In this document: piece after piece, positions 8,017-16,852 of the stretch
How positions within the stretch are numbered: position 1 is the first letter of the stretch
How the letters are laid out: each line of letters begins with the position of its first letter
From: an uncultured Elusimicrobiaceae bacterium
GTDB taxonomy: Bacteria; Elusimicrobiota; Elusimicrobia; Elusimicrobiales; UBA9959
DNA: 64,000 nt
Assembly (NCBI GenBank): GCA_964415175.1
Contig: CAYPYG010000007.1
Location: 10,869-74,868, forward strand
Direction: 5' to 3'
The notes under the pieces: model-generated
Told to the model about the DNA's origin: nothing
Seen by the model: only the letters and a program-made list of their open reading frames with translations
Database searches by the model: none
Translations under genes and position numbers: made by a program

Positions 8017-9027
8017 ATGAACAACATCGCGCTGACAACACTGTTCCTCGCCGTATCCGTTCTTCCCTCTCCGCTGAAAGCCGAAAACAAGGTCATCTAC
8101 GGTAATGATGACCGCCTCGAATATTTCCAGGCGCCGGCCGACCAGAGAAAGCTGGCCGACTCGGTCGTCTCCCTGTGGCAAACCTGGGACCTGAAGAAGG
8201 AGGGAGATAATTACTCCCTGCGCACCGCCAGGTTCGCCGACGCCGTGGGCGTCTGCGCCTCCGAACCCTTCTCCCAGCAGCCCCTGGGCGCTTTCTGCTC
8301 GGGCACGCTGGTGGGGGAGGACCTGATAATGACCGCCGGCCACTGCGTGAGGACGCAGGAGGACTGCGACAACACCATGTTCGTTTTCGGCTTCAGGAAC
8401 GACGGGTCCGGGACCGCCCCGTCCGTCGTGCCGGCCTCGCAGGTCTATTCCTGCAGGAGCATAGAGAAATGGGCGCTTCAGATGGGCGGACCGGCTCCCG
8501 AGGAACCCGGCGCGGCCGGGCTCGGGGCGGACTACGCGCTGCTGCGCATAGACCGCGCGGCGGAGGGCAGGCAACCTCTGGCCGTCAACCGCGGAGGCTC
8601 TCCCGCCAAAGGAACGCCGCTCTTCGTGATCGGCCACCCGGTAGGGCTGCCCCTGAAGGTGGCGGGAGGCGCCGCGGTGCGCGATCCCGGCCAGCCCGGC
8701 TATTTCGTGGCCAACCTCGACACCTACGGCGGTAATTCCGGTTCCCCGGTCTTCAACCTCGGGACGAACCTTATCGAAGGCATCCTGGTGCGCGGCGAGA
8801 CCGATTTCGTCTACGAGGGCGATTGCCGCGTCTCTTACCGCGTGGGGGACGAAGGCGGGCGCGGCGAGGACGTGACCAAGATCTCGGAGCTCGCCGCGTT
8901 CATCCCCGTTTCCAAGGGAGAGACCGCCTACCTCGGCCTGACGGCCTCGCTGCCGGCCGCGCGCGAACCGGACCTGGCCGGTCTCGAGTCCGTAAGAACG
9001 GCTTTCCCCCGCGGCCTCCCGCAGTGA
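8017..9027 (+). CDS. secreted trypsin-like (S1 family, V8/Glu-endopeptidase-like) serine protease
   Basis: ATG 8017 is preceded by GGAGG. Signal peptide MNNIALTTLFLAVSVLPSPLKA. Catalytic motifs TAGHC (His), DYALLRI (Asp) and GGNSGSPV (Ser). Confidence 0.8.
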   Translation: MNNIALTTLFLAVSVLPSPLKAENKVIYGNDDRLEYFQAPADQRKLADSVVSLWQTWDLKKEGDNYSLRTARFADAVGVCASEPFSQQPLGAFCSGTLVGEDLIMTAGHCVRTQEDCDNTMFVFGFRNDGSGTAPSVVPASQVYSCRSIEKWALQMGGPAPEEPGAAGLGADYALLRIDRAAEGRQPLAVNRGGSPAKGTPLFVIGHPVGLPLKVAGGAAVRDPGQPGYFVANLDTYGGNSGSPVFNLGTNLIEGILVRGETDFVYEGDCRVSYRVGDEGGRGEDVTKISELAAFIPVSKGETAYLGLTASLPAAREPDLAGLESVRTAFPRGLPQ

Positions 9028-9041
9028 ACAGGTGCCCCCGG

Positions 9042-9081
9042 ACAGCCCTCCCTTAAAAAAAAGGGGGGCTGTTCTTATTTT
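9042..9081 (+). terminator. candidate intrinsic terminator
   Basis: ACAGCCCTCCC / GGGGGGCTGT stem around an A-rich loop, followed by TCTTATTTT, just after the protease stop. Confidence 0.5.
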
Positions 9082-9085
9082 ACAC

Positions 9086-9114
9086 TTGAAAAAAACGCCG
9101 CAGCCATATACAAT
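9086..9114 (+). promoter_or_regulatory. sigma70-like promoter TTGAAA-17 nt-TACAAT
   Basis: TTGAAA (9086-9091), a 17-nt spacer, then TACAAT (9109-9114). The -10 ends 6 nt before ATG 9121 and there is no SD. Confidence 0.55.
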
Positions 9115-9120
9115 TGACGG

Positions 9121-9792
9121 ATGACGTCATCCGGGCCGGTCGGGGGTCCCCCGGCGTTTTACGCCAGAACGGCGGCGATAGCGGCCGCGCTGTTCCTGGC
9201 CGCCTGTTCGCTCCCCGACGGCCGGCAGTCGCTGCTCGAAGCGATACGGCGCGGCGACCGGGAGGAAGTGGTGCGCCTGCTCGACGCCGGCGTGCCCGTG
9301 AACCCCGAAAAACCCAGGGCCTTCACCCCGTTGATGATGGCCGTGATGCGCGATAACGCCGAAATAGCCGCTCTTTTGCTGGACAGGGGGGCGGACATAA
9401 GCGCCAGAGAGACCAGGGCGCAGACGCCGCTGCACCTTGCGGCCCGCTGGAACAAACCCGCCGCGCTGAAGCTGCTGCTGGCCCGCGGCGCGCCGATCGA
9501 GGACAGGGACAGGATAACCTGGACGCCCCTCATGTGGGCCGCGCTGCGCGGTCATACGGAGGTCTGCGAAGCGCTGGTGAAGGCCGGCGCCGACGTGAAC
9601 GCGAGGGATTATGACAACAATACCCCTCTCATCCTGGCGGCCTGGCGGGGAAAAACGGGAACGGCCCTGAAACTGGTCTCGCTCGGCGCCGGGACGCAGG
9701 CCCGCAACAAGGACGGGCTCGACGCCGCGGGCGTGGCCCGCAGGAACGAATTTCACGCCACGGCGGCCGCATTATCCGATGACCTCCGGTGA
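9121..9792 (+). CDS. ankyrin-repeat lipoprotein
   Basis: 223 aa. Lipobox LAAC after a hydrophobic segment, and at least 5 ankyrin repeats (TPLMMAV..NAEIAALLLDRGADI, TPLHLAARWN, TPLMWAALRGH, TPLILAAWRG). Confidence 0.85.
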   Translation: MTSSGPVGGPPAFYARTAAIAAALFLAACSLPDGRQSLLEAIRRGDREEVVRLLDAGVPVNPEKPRAFTPLMMAVMRDNAEIAALLLDRGADISARETRAQTPLHLAARWNKPAALKLLLARGAPIEDRDRITWTPLMWAALRGHTEVCEALVKAGADVNARDYDNNTPLILAAWRGKTGTALKLVSLGAGTQARNKDGLDAAGVARRNEFHATAAALSDDLR

Positions 9793-10555
9793 ACGCATGG
9801 GAAAAAGGCTGCTTTCGCTTACAGCCGCCGGCGCGGCGGCCATACTTCTGGCGGCGGTCATGCAGGCCCGTCCCTGGTCGAATACCGACTGGCGCACGGC
9901 CGACAGGGGCAGCGCGGGCGTCTCGCCGCTGCCGGCGGAGCACCCGGAAGCCGTCGTGCAGGGTTTCGCGGCAAGGGCCGTGCGCTGGCGCGGAGTTTTC
10001 GCGGTCCACTGCTGGATCTCGGTCAAGGAAAAGGGCTCGCCGGATTACCGGGTCTATCATTTGGTGGGCTGGCGTCTCCGCCGCTCCACCAGCGCCGTGG
10101 TCGTCGAGACGGACATACCGGACCGGAAGTGGTACGGCAGGAGCCCGAAACTCCTTTTCGATATACGGGGAGAGCCGGCGGAAAGGATCATACCGAAGAT
10201 CGACGAAGCGGCGCGGACCTATCCTTACGCCTCCGTTTACAGGGCCTGGCCCGGTCCCAACAGCAACACCTTCGTCTCGCATATACTGCGCAATGTCCCT
10301 GAAATAGGGGTGGAACTGCCTTCGAACGCCGTGGGCAGGGACTGGCTGGGCGGAACGCGGGTGGCCTCGGTCTCCGAAAGCGGCACCGGGTTGCAGCTGT
10401 CCATCTACGGCCTGGCCGGCGTCACGGCCGGGTTGTCGGACGGCGTGGAGATCAACCTGCTCGGTCTCAGCTTAGGCGTTGACCTGTTGCGCCCCGCGAT
10501 AAAACTGCCTCTTCTCGGACGCATCGGCCTGCGGGACAAGGGACCGGCGAAATAA
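9779..10555 (+). CDS. exported protein, DUF3750-like
   Basis: 258 aa with an N-terminal hydrophobic signal/anchor. The HCWISVKEKG..YRVYHLVGW and YRAWPGPNSNTF motifs recall DUF3750. Family assigned from memory only. An alternative start is ATG 9797. Confidence 0.5.
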   Translation: MTSGERMGKRLLSLTAAGAAAILLAAVMQARPWSNTDWRTADRGSAGVSPLPAEHPEAVVQGFAARAVRWRGVFAVHCWISVKEKGSPDYRVYHLVGWRLRRSTSAVVVETDIPDRKWYGRSPKLLFDIRGEPAERIIPKIDEAARTYPYASVYRAWPGPNSNTFVSHILRNVPEIGVELPSNAVGRDWLGGTRVASVSESGTGLQLSIYGLAGVTAGLSDGVEINLLGLSLGVDLLRPAIKLPLLGRIGLRDKGPAK

Positions 10556-10577
10556 CGCCGCGGCGGGCGCAAAAAAG

Positions 10578-10610
10578 AAAAGCCCCGGCCTGCCGGGGCT
10601 TTCACTTTTG
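10578..10610. terminator. bidirectional intrinsic terminator between convergent genes
   Basis: AGCCCCGG-CCTG-CCGGGGCT hairpin flanked by an A-run on the left and TTCACTTTT on the right. Confidence 0.6.
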
Positions 10611-10622
10611 GAAGGAGCGGCC

Positions 10623-11561
10623 TCAGTCGTCGGTGGTGCGGCCGTCGAAAAAAAGCTTATCCAGTACGGTCTCCTGCGCCGCGGCCGGCCCCGGCGAGGG
10701 GAGGACCCCGGTCCAGCGCTCCGGCATGAGCATCGTGCCGGTATTGAGGTATTCCTGGCGCTGCGAATAGATGACGTTGCAGTCGCGCTTGTAAGGCATC
10801 TCCGGGCAGCCGAACTGGCTGAAAACGGCGTAGCGGTAATCGAAACCGCCGGCGCCCGCCTCGCGCCCGCCCTGCGAGGAGAAATACTTGAAGCCCACCA
10901 CCGAGTCGTTGTACTCCGCCTGCGCGCGGCCCTGTCCGTCGATATAGTTGATGAAGACCACCGCGTGGCCGGTCCTGGTGGTGCGGTTGATATTCACGAA
11001 ATCGCCGGGCCTGAGCCGCTCGAAAAGGCGGCGCTCGCCCATACCGAAGTTTATCAGCGCGTCCGCCGTGCCGTAGGCCTTGAAATCGTGATTGACCCAG
11101 ATATGACCCTTCAGGTCGGTTATCGCCAGGCCCTCGTAGCTGCGCCGGGGAAGATAGGTGAACACGGAATAGTCCCCGGTCTCGGCGGCGTAGATATCGT
11201 AGGCCGTCAGCAGCACTTCCATCATGGCCGCCACGCACATCGTCAGCGGGGGCCGGCGCGCTTTTATCACGCCGTAGGTGTGGTAGGGGATGTCGTGGGT
11301 CAGTATCGAATTGATGTCGTAGCCCAGCAGTCCGTACTCGGCGTAGAGGCGGTCGACGGCCTTGAGGATATAGCGGTTGAAGTAGCCGTCGTCGGCGGCT
11401 TCCGGGGCCCTGAGGGGGGAGAGGAAATGCGCCGGGGCGGGCAGCGCCGTCCCGACGGCCGCCACGTCGGCGGCCGAAAGGCGGTCGAGCGCGAATTCCG
11501 AGGCGGAGGAAGGGGACGGGACGAATAAAGCCAGCGCCAGGAAAAGCGATGTTCTTTCCAT
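10623..11561 (-). CDS. secreted hypothetical protein, possible papain-fold (NlpC/P60-like) Cys/His hydrolase
   Basis: Start taken at MERTSLFLALALFVPSPSSASE (signal peptide). A candidate nucleophile context LTMCVAAMMEV and an RPGDFVNINRTTRTGHAVVF segment resemble the PGD..GH motif of NlpC/P60. The function call is weak. Confidence 0.5.
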   Translation of the reverse strand: MERTSLFLALALFVPSPSSASEFALDRLSAADVAAVGTALPAPAHFLSPLRAPEAADDGYFNRYILKAVDRLYAEYGLLGYDINSILTHDIPYHTYGVIKARRPPLTMCVAAMMEVLLTAYDIYAAETGDYSVFTYLPRRSYEGLAITDLKGHIWVNHDFKAYGTADALINFGMGERRLFERLRPGDFVNINRTTRTGHAVVFINYIDGQGRAQAEYNDSVVGFKYFSSQGGREAGAGGFDYRYAVFSQFGCPEMPYKRDCNVIYSQRQEYLNTGTMLMPERWTGVLPSPGPAAAQETVLDKLFFDGRTTDD

Positions 11562-11628
11562 ACGATTGATATTAGTCAATCATGAAGCCCGAGTCAACCC
11601 TTTTGAAAAAATAGTATCCTGTCGGGGT

Positions 11629-12348
11629 ATGGACGCGCTCAAAATATCCGGGCTTGTGAAGAAATACGGGGATTTCGAGGCCGTGGCCGGCCTGGACTTC
11701 TCCGTCCGCGAGGGGGAGATCTTCGCCCTCGTCGGCCCCAACGGCGTCGGGAAATCCACCACGCTCAAGATGATCTCGACCATCCTGACCCCGACCGCCG
11801 GGGCCATCTCGGTGTTCGGCCTCGACACCGTACGGGACGCCCACGCCGTGCGCGGGAGGATAAGCTACCTCCCCGAGGAGGCCGGGGCTTACAAGAACCT
11901 TTCCGGCCACGAGTACCTCGATTTCATGGCCATGGTCTTCCTGCGCGACTCGCGCAAGGCCGCCGAGGCGGCGGCTTACGGCGCGCGGCTCTCGGGCCTC
12001 GGCCCCAGGCTCGGCGATAAGATAAAGACCTACAGCAAAGGCATGGCGCGCAAGCTGCTGCTGGCCCGCGCGGTCATGATACGCCCGCGGCTGGCCATAC
12101 TGGACGAACCCACCAGCGGCCTGGACATAGTCAACGGCTACGAGATCCGCAAGACGATAAAGGAACTGGCCGCCGGCGGAATGACGTTCCTCATTTCCAG
12201 CCACAATATGACCGAGATAGAGTTCCTCTCCGGCCGCATCGGGGTGATAAACAGGGGGAAACTGCTGGCCTGCGACGCTCCGGCGGCGCTCAAAAGCCAG
12301 TTCTCGACGGAAGACCTCGAAGAGGTCTTCGTGAGGCTGACGCAATGA
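11629..12348 (+). CDS. ABC transporter ATP-binding protein (ABC-2/NatA-like)
   Basis: Walker A GPNGVGKST, signature YSKGMARKL, Walker B LAILDEPTSGLD. Confidence 0.88.
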   Translation: MDALKISGLVKKYGDFEAVAGLDFSVREGEIFALVGPNGVGKSTTLKMISTILTPTAGAISVFGLDTVRDAHAVRGRISYLPEEAGAYKNLSGHEYLDFMAMVFLRDSRKAAEAAAYGARLSGLGPRLGDKIKTYSKGMARKLLLARAVMIRPRLAILDEPTSGLDIVNGYEIRKTIKELAAGGMTFLISSHNMTEIEFLSGRIGVINRGKLLACDAPAALKSQFSTEDLEEVFVRLTQ

Positions 12349-13655
12349 ACATCTTCACCGTCCTGCTCAGGAAAGAGATCAAGGAGCTGCTGACCCGGCA
12401 GCTGGTCATCTCCATAGCGGCGATGATCTTCGTCTTCTACGTCATCGGCAAGTCCGTCGGCAGCCACAGCAGGGCCTCGGGCGCGTCCAACTCGATAGTG
12501 GTGATGGACCTGGACCGTTCGGAGCTCTCGGCCCGCCTGCTCAAGGCCATGGGCGGGGGCAAGACCCCGATAAAGCCCTCGGCCTTCACCGGCATAGCGT
12601 CCGCCATGGCCGCGCCGGAGCACGCCGCCGAGAACTCCTTCCTGGTCATCCCGGACGGGCTGGCCCGGTCGGTGGAGGAAGGCCGTCCGTCCCGGCTCGA
12701 GTTCTATTCCCGCTTCCGCAAGGACGCCTCGGGCATGGGCCCGGCCATGGCGGCCTCGCGCATACGCAAGGTATCGGCGCTCGCGGCCGCCGAGGCCAGC
12801 GCCTACGCCCTGGAGCGCAAGGCCCCCGGCCTGCCGCCCGCCTTCCTGCGCGATCCGGCCCCTGCCGAGGAATACGTGGTCATAGACGGCAGGACCGAGA
12901 AAGTGCCGCTGGGCCAGGTGGTCGGTTTCATACAGTCGCAGTCCTATTTCTTCCCGATAGCCGTGTTCTTCATAGTCATACTGTCGGCGCAGATGATAAT
13001 GACGGCCGTCGCCACGGAGAAGGAGAACAAGACGCTCGAGACCCTGCTCAGTTCCCCGGTGGACCGCAGGCTCCTGGTCCTTTCCAAGCTGACGGCCTCG
13101 TCGATAATAGCCGCCGCGCTGTCGGTGGCCTATATGCTGGGCATGCGTTCTTTCATGGGCGGGATAACCGGCGCGGCCGAAAGCGCCTCCGCGTCCGCGG
13201 CGGCCGCCGGCCCGGCGCTGATCAAGCTGGGCCTGATCATAACGACCCAGGGCTACCTGCTGATAGGGCTTTCGGTGCTCTTCTGCATACTCTGCGCGCT
13301 GTCGATGGCCTTCATCCTCGGCATACTCTCCGAGGACGTGAAAAGCATACAGGCGATGCTGATGCCGCTGATGATGCCGCTGATGATCTCGTACCTGATG
13401 CCGATCTTCATCGACCTCAGCACGGCGGGATGGGGGATAAAAGCGCTGCTCTACGCCATACCGTTCACGCACGCCTTCATGGCGCCGCAGAACGTGATGA
13501 TGGGTAATTTCGCCCGGGCGGGGTGGGGGATAGCCTACCAGGCGGCGGTCTTCGCCGTGTTCGTGACGCTGGCGGCGCGGCTGTTCTCCGGCGACGCGCT
13601 GCTGACGCTGCGCCTGAGGCTGCCGGGAGCCCGGAAGAAGGCGGCGGCTCAGTAA
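12345..13655 (+). CDS. ABC-2 type transporter permease (NatB-like, large external loop)
   Basis: 436 aa. ATGA-coupled to the ATPase. One N-terminal TM, a long soluble loop, then 5 C-terminal TM spans. Confidence 0.75.
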   Translation: MNIFTVLLRKEIKELLTRQLVISIAAMIFVFYVIGKSVGSHSRASGASNSIVVMDLDRSELSARLLKAMGGGKTPIKPSAFTGIASAMAAPEHAAENSFLVIPDGLARSVEEGRPSRLEFYSRFRKDASGMGPAMAASRIRKVSALAAAEASAYALERKAPGLPPAFLRDPAPAEEYVVIDGRTEKVPLGQVVGFIQSQSYFFPIAVFFIVILSAQMIMTAVATEKENKTLETLLSSPVDRRLLVLSKLTASSIIAAALSVAYMLGMRSFMGGITGAAESASASAAAAGPALIKLGLIITTQGYLLIGLSVLFCILCALSMAFILGILSEDVKSIQAMLMPLMMPLMISYLMPIFIDLSTAGWGIKALLYAIPFTHAFMAPQNVMMGNFARAGWGIAYQAAVFAVFVTLAARLFSGDALLTLRLRLPGARKKAAAQ

Positions 13656-14029
13656 GGCTTTTCGGTCTCGCCTTCGCGGTGGACCGTCTCGAAAGAGAAG
13701 GCCGGCAGGCAGATGGCGATGTATTCCGCGCCTTCCGGCTCCGGCGTCGAATAGCGGACCCGCTCTTCCGGCTGCATGATTATCGCCTGGCCGCCGCGCA
13801 CGTCGAAAGTCCCGTCCTTCGTCTCCACGCGCAGCAGTCCTTTGAGCACCAGCGTATACTCGGTGAAGAGCGGGTGCTGCTCCGGCTCCTCCCAGCCGCC
13901 GGGGCTGACCATGCGGGCCACGCTTATCGTGCTGGTGCCGGAATTGGCGCGGCCGATGAATTCCTCTATGACCTTGGGTTTGTTGCCGGCGGCTTTGACC
14001 AGCTTGGGTTTTTCGATGAACTGGGGCAT
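13649..14029 (-). CDS. cupin domain protein
   Basis: 126 aa. The H..FTEYTLVLKG..V......F.V..G pattern indicates a small single-domain cupin. The 3' end overlaps the permease stop by 7 nt (convergent). Confidence 0.7.
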   Translation of the reverse strand: MPQFIEKPKLVKAAGNKPKVIEEFIGRANSGTSTISVARMVSPGGWEEPEQHPLFTEYTLVLKGLLRVETKDGTFDVRGGQAIIMQPEERVRYSTPEPEGAEYIAICLPAFSFETVHREGETEKPY

Positions 14030-14085
14030 GGGGACCTCCGAAAAATCGTATACTGGGATTCTATAAAATAGCCGCGGGAGGGAGT

Positions 14086-14364
14086 TTGACCAAAAGCATG
14101 GAACACGAGCTCGAAGGCGTCTGCGCCAAGTCGGTATCTTTCCGCGTCGTCGGGGGGAAGCTCAAAGGCGTGAAGTTCTACAAGGGCTGCCCCGGCAATC
14201 TCCGGGCCATGGCCCTGCTGCTCGAAGGCATGCCGGTCAGGGAAGCGGTACGCAAGCTCAAGGGGATAAAGTGCGGCTCCAAGAAGACCTCCTGCTCGGA
14301 CCAGCTGGCCCGCGTCCTGGAGAAACTCGCCCGGGCCGATAAGGCGGCGGCCGTCAGGCCCTAG
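14086..14364 (+). CDS. TIGR03905-type TSCPD domain protein
   Basis: 92 aa with GVCAKSVSFRV, FYKGCPGNLRAM, GIKCGSKKTSCSDQLA (4-Cys TSCPD signature). The start may be TTG 14086 or ATG 14098. Confidence 0.8.
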   Translation: MTKSMEHELEGVCAKSVSFRVVGGKLKGVKFYKGCPGNLRAMALLLEGMPVREAVRKLKGIKCGSKKTSCSDQLARVLEKLARADKAAAVRP

Positions 14365-15038
14365 TGCGTCCTCCCGTCGCGTATCTCCAGCACCCGGTCG
14401 GCGGCTCTGGCGAGTTCCGGGTTGTGGGTCACCATCAGCACCGCGACGCCCCTTGAGGCCAGCCCTTTCAGTATCTCCTTTATCTCTTCGGAACGGCGGC
14501 TGTCCAGGTTGCCCGTCGGCTCGTCGGCCAGCAGCACCCTGGGGCCGTTGATGAGCGCGCGGGCTATGGCCACGCGCTGCATCTCGCCGCCGGAAAGCTC
14601 GCCCGGGAGATGGTCCTCCCGGCGGTCTATGCCGAGCAGTTTCATGACCTCGCGCGGGTTCCAGCCGCCCTCGCCCCGGTAGAAAGCGCCCGGCAGCATG
14701 ATGTTCTCCAGCACCGTCAGCGTGGGCACCAGGTAGAATTTCTGGAAAACATAGCCGTAGAAGCGCCGGCGCACCAGCGTCAGTTCGCCTTCGGGCAGTT
14801 CGCGGTGGCCGCCGAAGACCAGCTCGCCTCCGACGCGCAGCGTGCCCGAGGTTGGATTGTCCAGGCATCCCAGCATATTGAGCAGCGTCGTCTTGCCCGA
14901 ACCCGACGGACCGATGATGGCCGTCATCTCGCCGGACCTGATGTCCATGGAAACGCCGTCGACGGCGCGCACTTCTTCCGCGCCGCGGCGGTACGATTTC
15001 CGCAGGTCCTTGGCTGATATCAGTATATCGTTGGTCAT
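14361..15038 (-). CDS. ABC transporter ATP-binding protein (MacB/LolD-type)
   Basis: Walker A GPSGSGKTT, signature LSGGEMQRVAIARAL, Walker B LLADEPTGNLD. Confidence 0.9.
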   Translation of the reverse strand: MTNDILISAKDLRKSYRRGAEEVRAVDGVSMDIRSGEMTAIIGPSGSGKTTLLNMLGCLDNPTSGTLRVGGELVFGGHRELPEGELTLVRRRFYGYVFQKFYLVPTLTVLENIMLPGAFYRGEGGWNPREVMKLLGIDRREDHLPGELSGGEMQRVAIARALINGPRVLLADEPTGNLDSRRSEEIKEILKGLASRGVAVLMVTHNPELARAADRVLEIRDGRTH

Positions 15039-15039
15039 A

Positions 15040-16230
15040 TCACTGCTCCCCTTCGATGCGTATGGCTTCCAGCGGCCGCACGCGCGCGGCGCGCCAGGCC
15101 GGGTAAAGACCGCTGAGCAGGCCCCCGGCCGTTATGAGGACGAAGGCGAAGCCCGTGATGGCCGGGTCCAGGGCGATGAGGGCGCCGTTGGGCGCGTAGG
15201 GCAGGAAGTAGCGCACGGCCGCCTCGCTCAGGCCGGCCGTTACGAAGGCCAGGCCTATGCCCGCCGCGCCGCCCAGGCCGCAGAGTATCGCGGTCTCCGT
15301 CCAGATCAGGCGGAAGACGTCGAAGGGCATCGCGCCCATGCTCTTTATGATGCCTATCTCCGCGTAGCGCTCCATCACCGACATCAGCACGGTGTTGATC
15401 ACGCCGGCCATCGCGATTATCAGCGCTATGCCGGCGATGCCCATCGCTATCACGCGCGCGCTGTTGACCAGGTTCATGATCGTGGACTTTACCTGCGCCA
15501 TGGAGACCACCTGCACGTCGGGCAGGTCGTAGAGCTTGTTCTCGAAGGCCGGGATATCGGCCTCCTTCTTCACCTTTATGCCGAGGCCCGTCAGCTTGCC
15601 CTTGCGGTCGAACATCCCGCGCACCGCGCCGAGCGGCATGAATATAGTCCCGTCGTCCTGCGTGCCGGAGCGCTTGAGCACGCCGACCACCTTGACCGGC
15701 TTCTCGACCCCGACTACAAGCATCAGGTCGCCGGCCTCGCGCGTCTCGAGCTCGGCCGCCTCGTAGCCCAGCACGGCCTCGTAGGCCTTGTCGTCGGTGA
15801 ACCAGCCGCCCTGCTTGAACTCCAGGTAAGGCTTCATCGACGGGAAGGTAGCCGGGTCCACGCCCAGGTAGGCGGCTATAGCGCCGTTCTCGCCCTTATC
15901 CGGGTCGAAGACGCCGTGCATCAGCATCGGGGTGACCTTCTCCACTTCGGGGTGCTTGAAAACGTCCTTCACGATGGACTCGTCCATGTAGCGCAGGCCG
16001 GTGCCGCCCTTGAGCATCAGCGTGGCGGCCTCGTAGGGGCAGCCCTTGGCCGTCAGCAGCACCTGGAAGCCCATATTGTCGATGTCGCGGTTGAGGCCCT
16101 GCTGGTAGCCCCTGTTGAAGCCCAGCAGCGTGGCCAGCACCCAGGCCGACAGCATGATGCCGCCGGCGGTGAGCGCGGTGCGCGTCTTCTTGCGCAGCAG
16201 GTTCTTATAGGCTATGGAATATACGGTCAT
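15040..16230 (-). CDS. ABC transporter permease, FtsX/MacB-type with periplasmic domain
   Basis: 396 aa. One N-terminal TM, a ~220-aa external domain and 3 C-terminal TM spans with the FtsX-type ERYAEIGIIKSMGA motif. Confidence 0.85.
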   Translation of the reverse strand: MTVYSIAYKNLLRKKTRTALTAGGIMLSAWVLATLLGFNRGYQQGLNRDIDNMGFQVLLTAKGCPYEAATLMLKGGTGLRYMDESIVKDVFKHPEVEKVTPMLMHGVFDPDKGENGAIAAYLGVDPATFPSMKPYLEFKQGGWFTDDKAYEAVLGYEAAELETREAGDLMLVVGVEKPVKVVGVLKRSGTQDDGTIFMPLGAVRGMFDRKGKLTGLGIKVKKEADIPAFENKLYDLPDVQVVSMAQVKSTIMNLVNSARVIAMGIAGIALIIAMAGVINTVLMSVMERYAEIGIIKSMGAMPFDVFRLIWTETAILCGLGGAAGIGLAFVTAGLSEAAVRYFLPYAPNGALIALDPAITGFAFVLITAGGLLSGLYPAWRAARVRPLEAIRIEGEQ

Positions 16231-16844
16231 TTTTTCTTCTCCGTGAACACCAGCTCGTCCATGAGTATGAGGTTCTTCTTGACGGCGCGCATGACGTTGG
16301 GGAAGTCCGCGGCGGCTCTCTCCGGCGCTTTGAGGGAGGCGGCGGGAGTGCCGGGCTTCGCGGACGCCCTGACCGGGTCGTAGCCGGAGAAGTCAGGCAG
16401 CGCGAGACCCTCGAACTGGGCGCCGAATTCTTTCGAGCGCAGGTCCTTCGCCGCGCGCGAGGTGAGCTTCTGTATATAGAAAGACCTTATCGTCCCGGAC
16501 TTGTCCAGGGCGAGGAAGACCTGTATGCCGCCGAACTGTCCTTTCTGGTTCACGCCGTGGATGTGCCCGAGCGGCTCGGTGCCGCGGTAGATATCGTAGA
16601 CCGTATACGGCACGTCGATCGTCTCGTAGAGACCCTTGAACCTGTCGCCCAGCCGCTTCTCGATGCGGGCCAGCAGCGCCTCGCCGCCGGCGGCCTTGAC
16701 CGTCAGGTAGCGGACCTTGTAGCCGGTGGAGGAGGGGAAAAGCCGCTCCACGTCGCGGTCCGGGTCGTTGAGGTCGCAGCCGACGGCCGCGAAGGCCGGC
16801 GCGGCCCAGGCGGAGAAAAAGAGGGACAAAAATACCTTTTTCAT
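16227..16844 (-). CDS. periplasmic protein, FMN_bind-like domain (tentative)
   Basis: 205 aa. Signal peptide MKKVFLSLFFSAWAAPAFA. GVNQKGQFGGIQVFLALDKSGTIRSFYIQ..FGAQFEG resembles FMN_bind domains but lacks the usual Thr/Ser flavinylation context. Confidence 0.4.
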   Translation of the reverse strand: MKKVFLSLFFSAWAAPAFAAVGCDLNDPDRDVERLFPSSTGYKVRYLTVKAAGGEALLARIEKRLGDRFKGLYETIDVPYTVYDIYRGTEPLGHIHGVNQKGQFGGIQVFLALDKSGTIRSFYIQKLTSRAAKDLRSKEFGAQFEGLALPDFSGYDPVRASAKPGTPAASLKAPERAAADFPNVMRAVKKNLILMDELVFTEKKK

Positions 16845-16852
16845 GGAACCCC

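Noticed and set aside
14361-14364. Convergent genes sharing a palindromic CTAG, so the two stop codons overlap. There is also a 7-nt convergent overlap at 13649-13655.
   Set aside because: This is real but probably just genome compaction. It is noted as a curiosity: there is no terminator between the convergent units, and no further signal.
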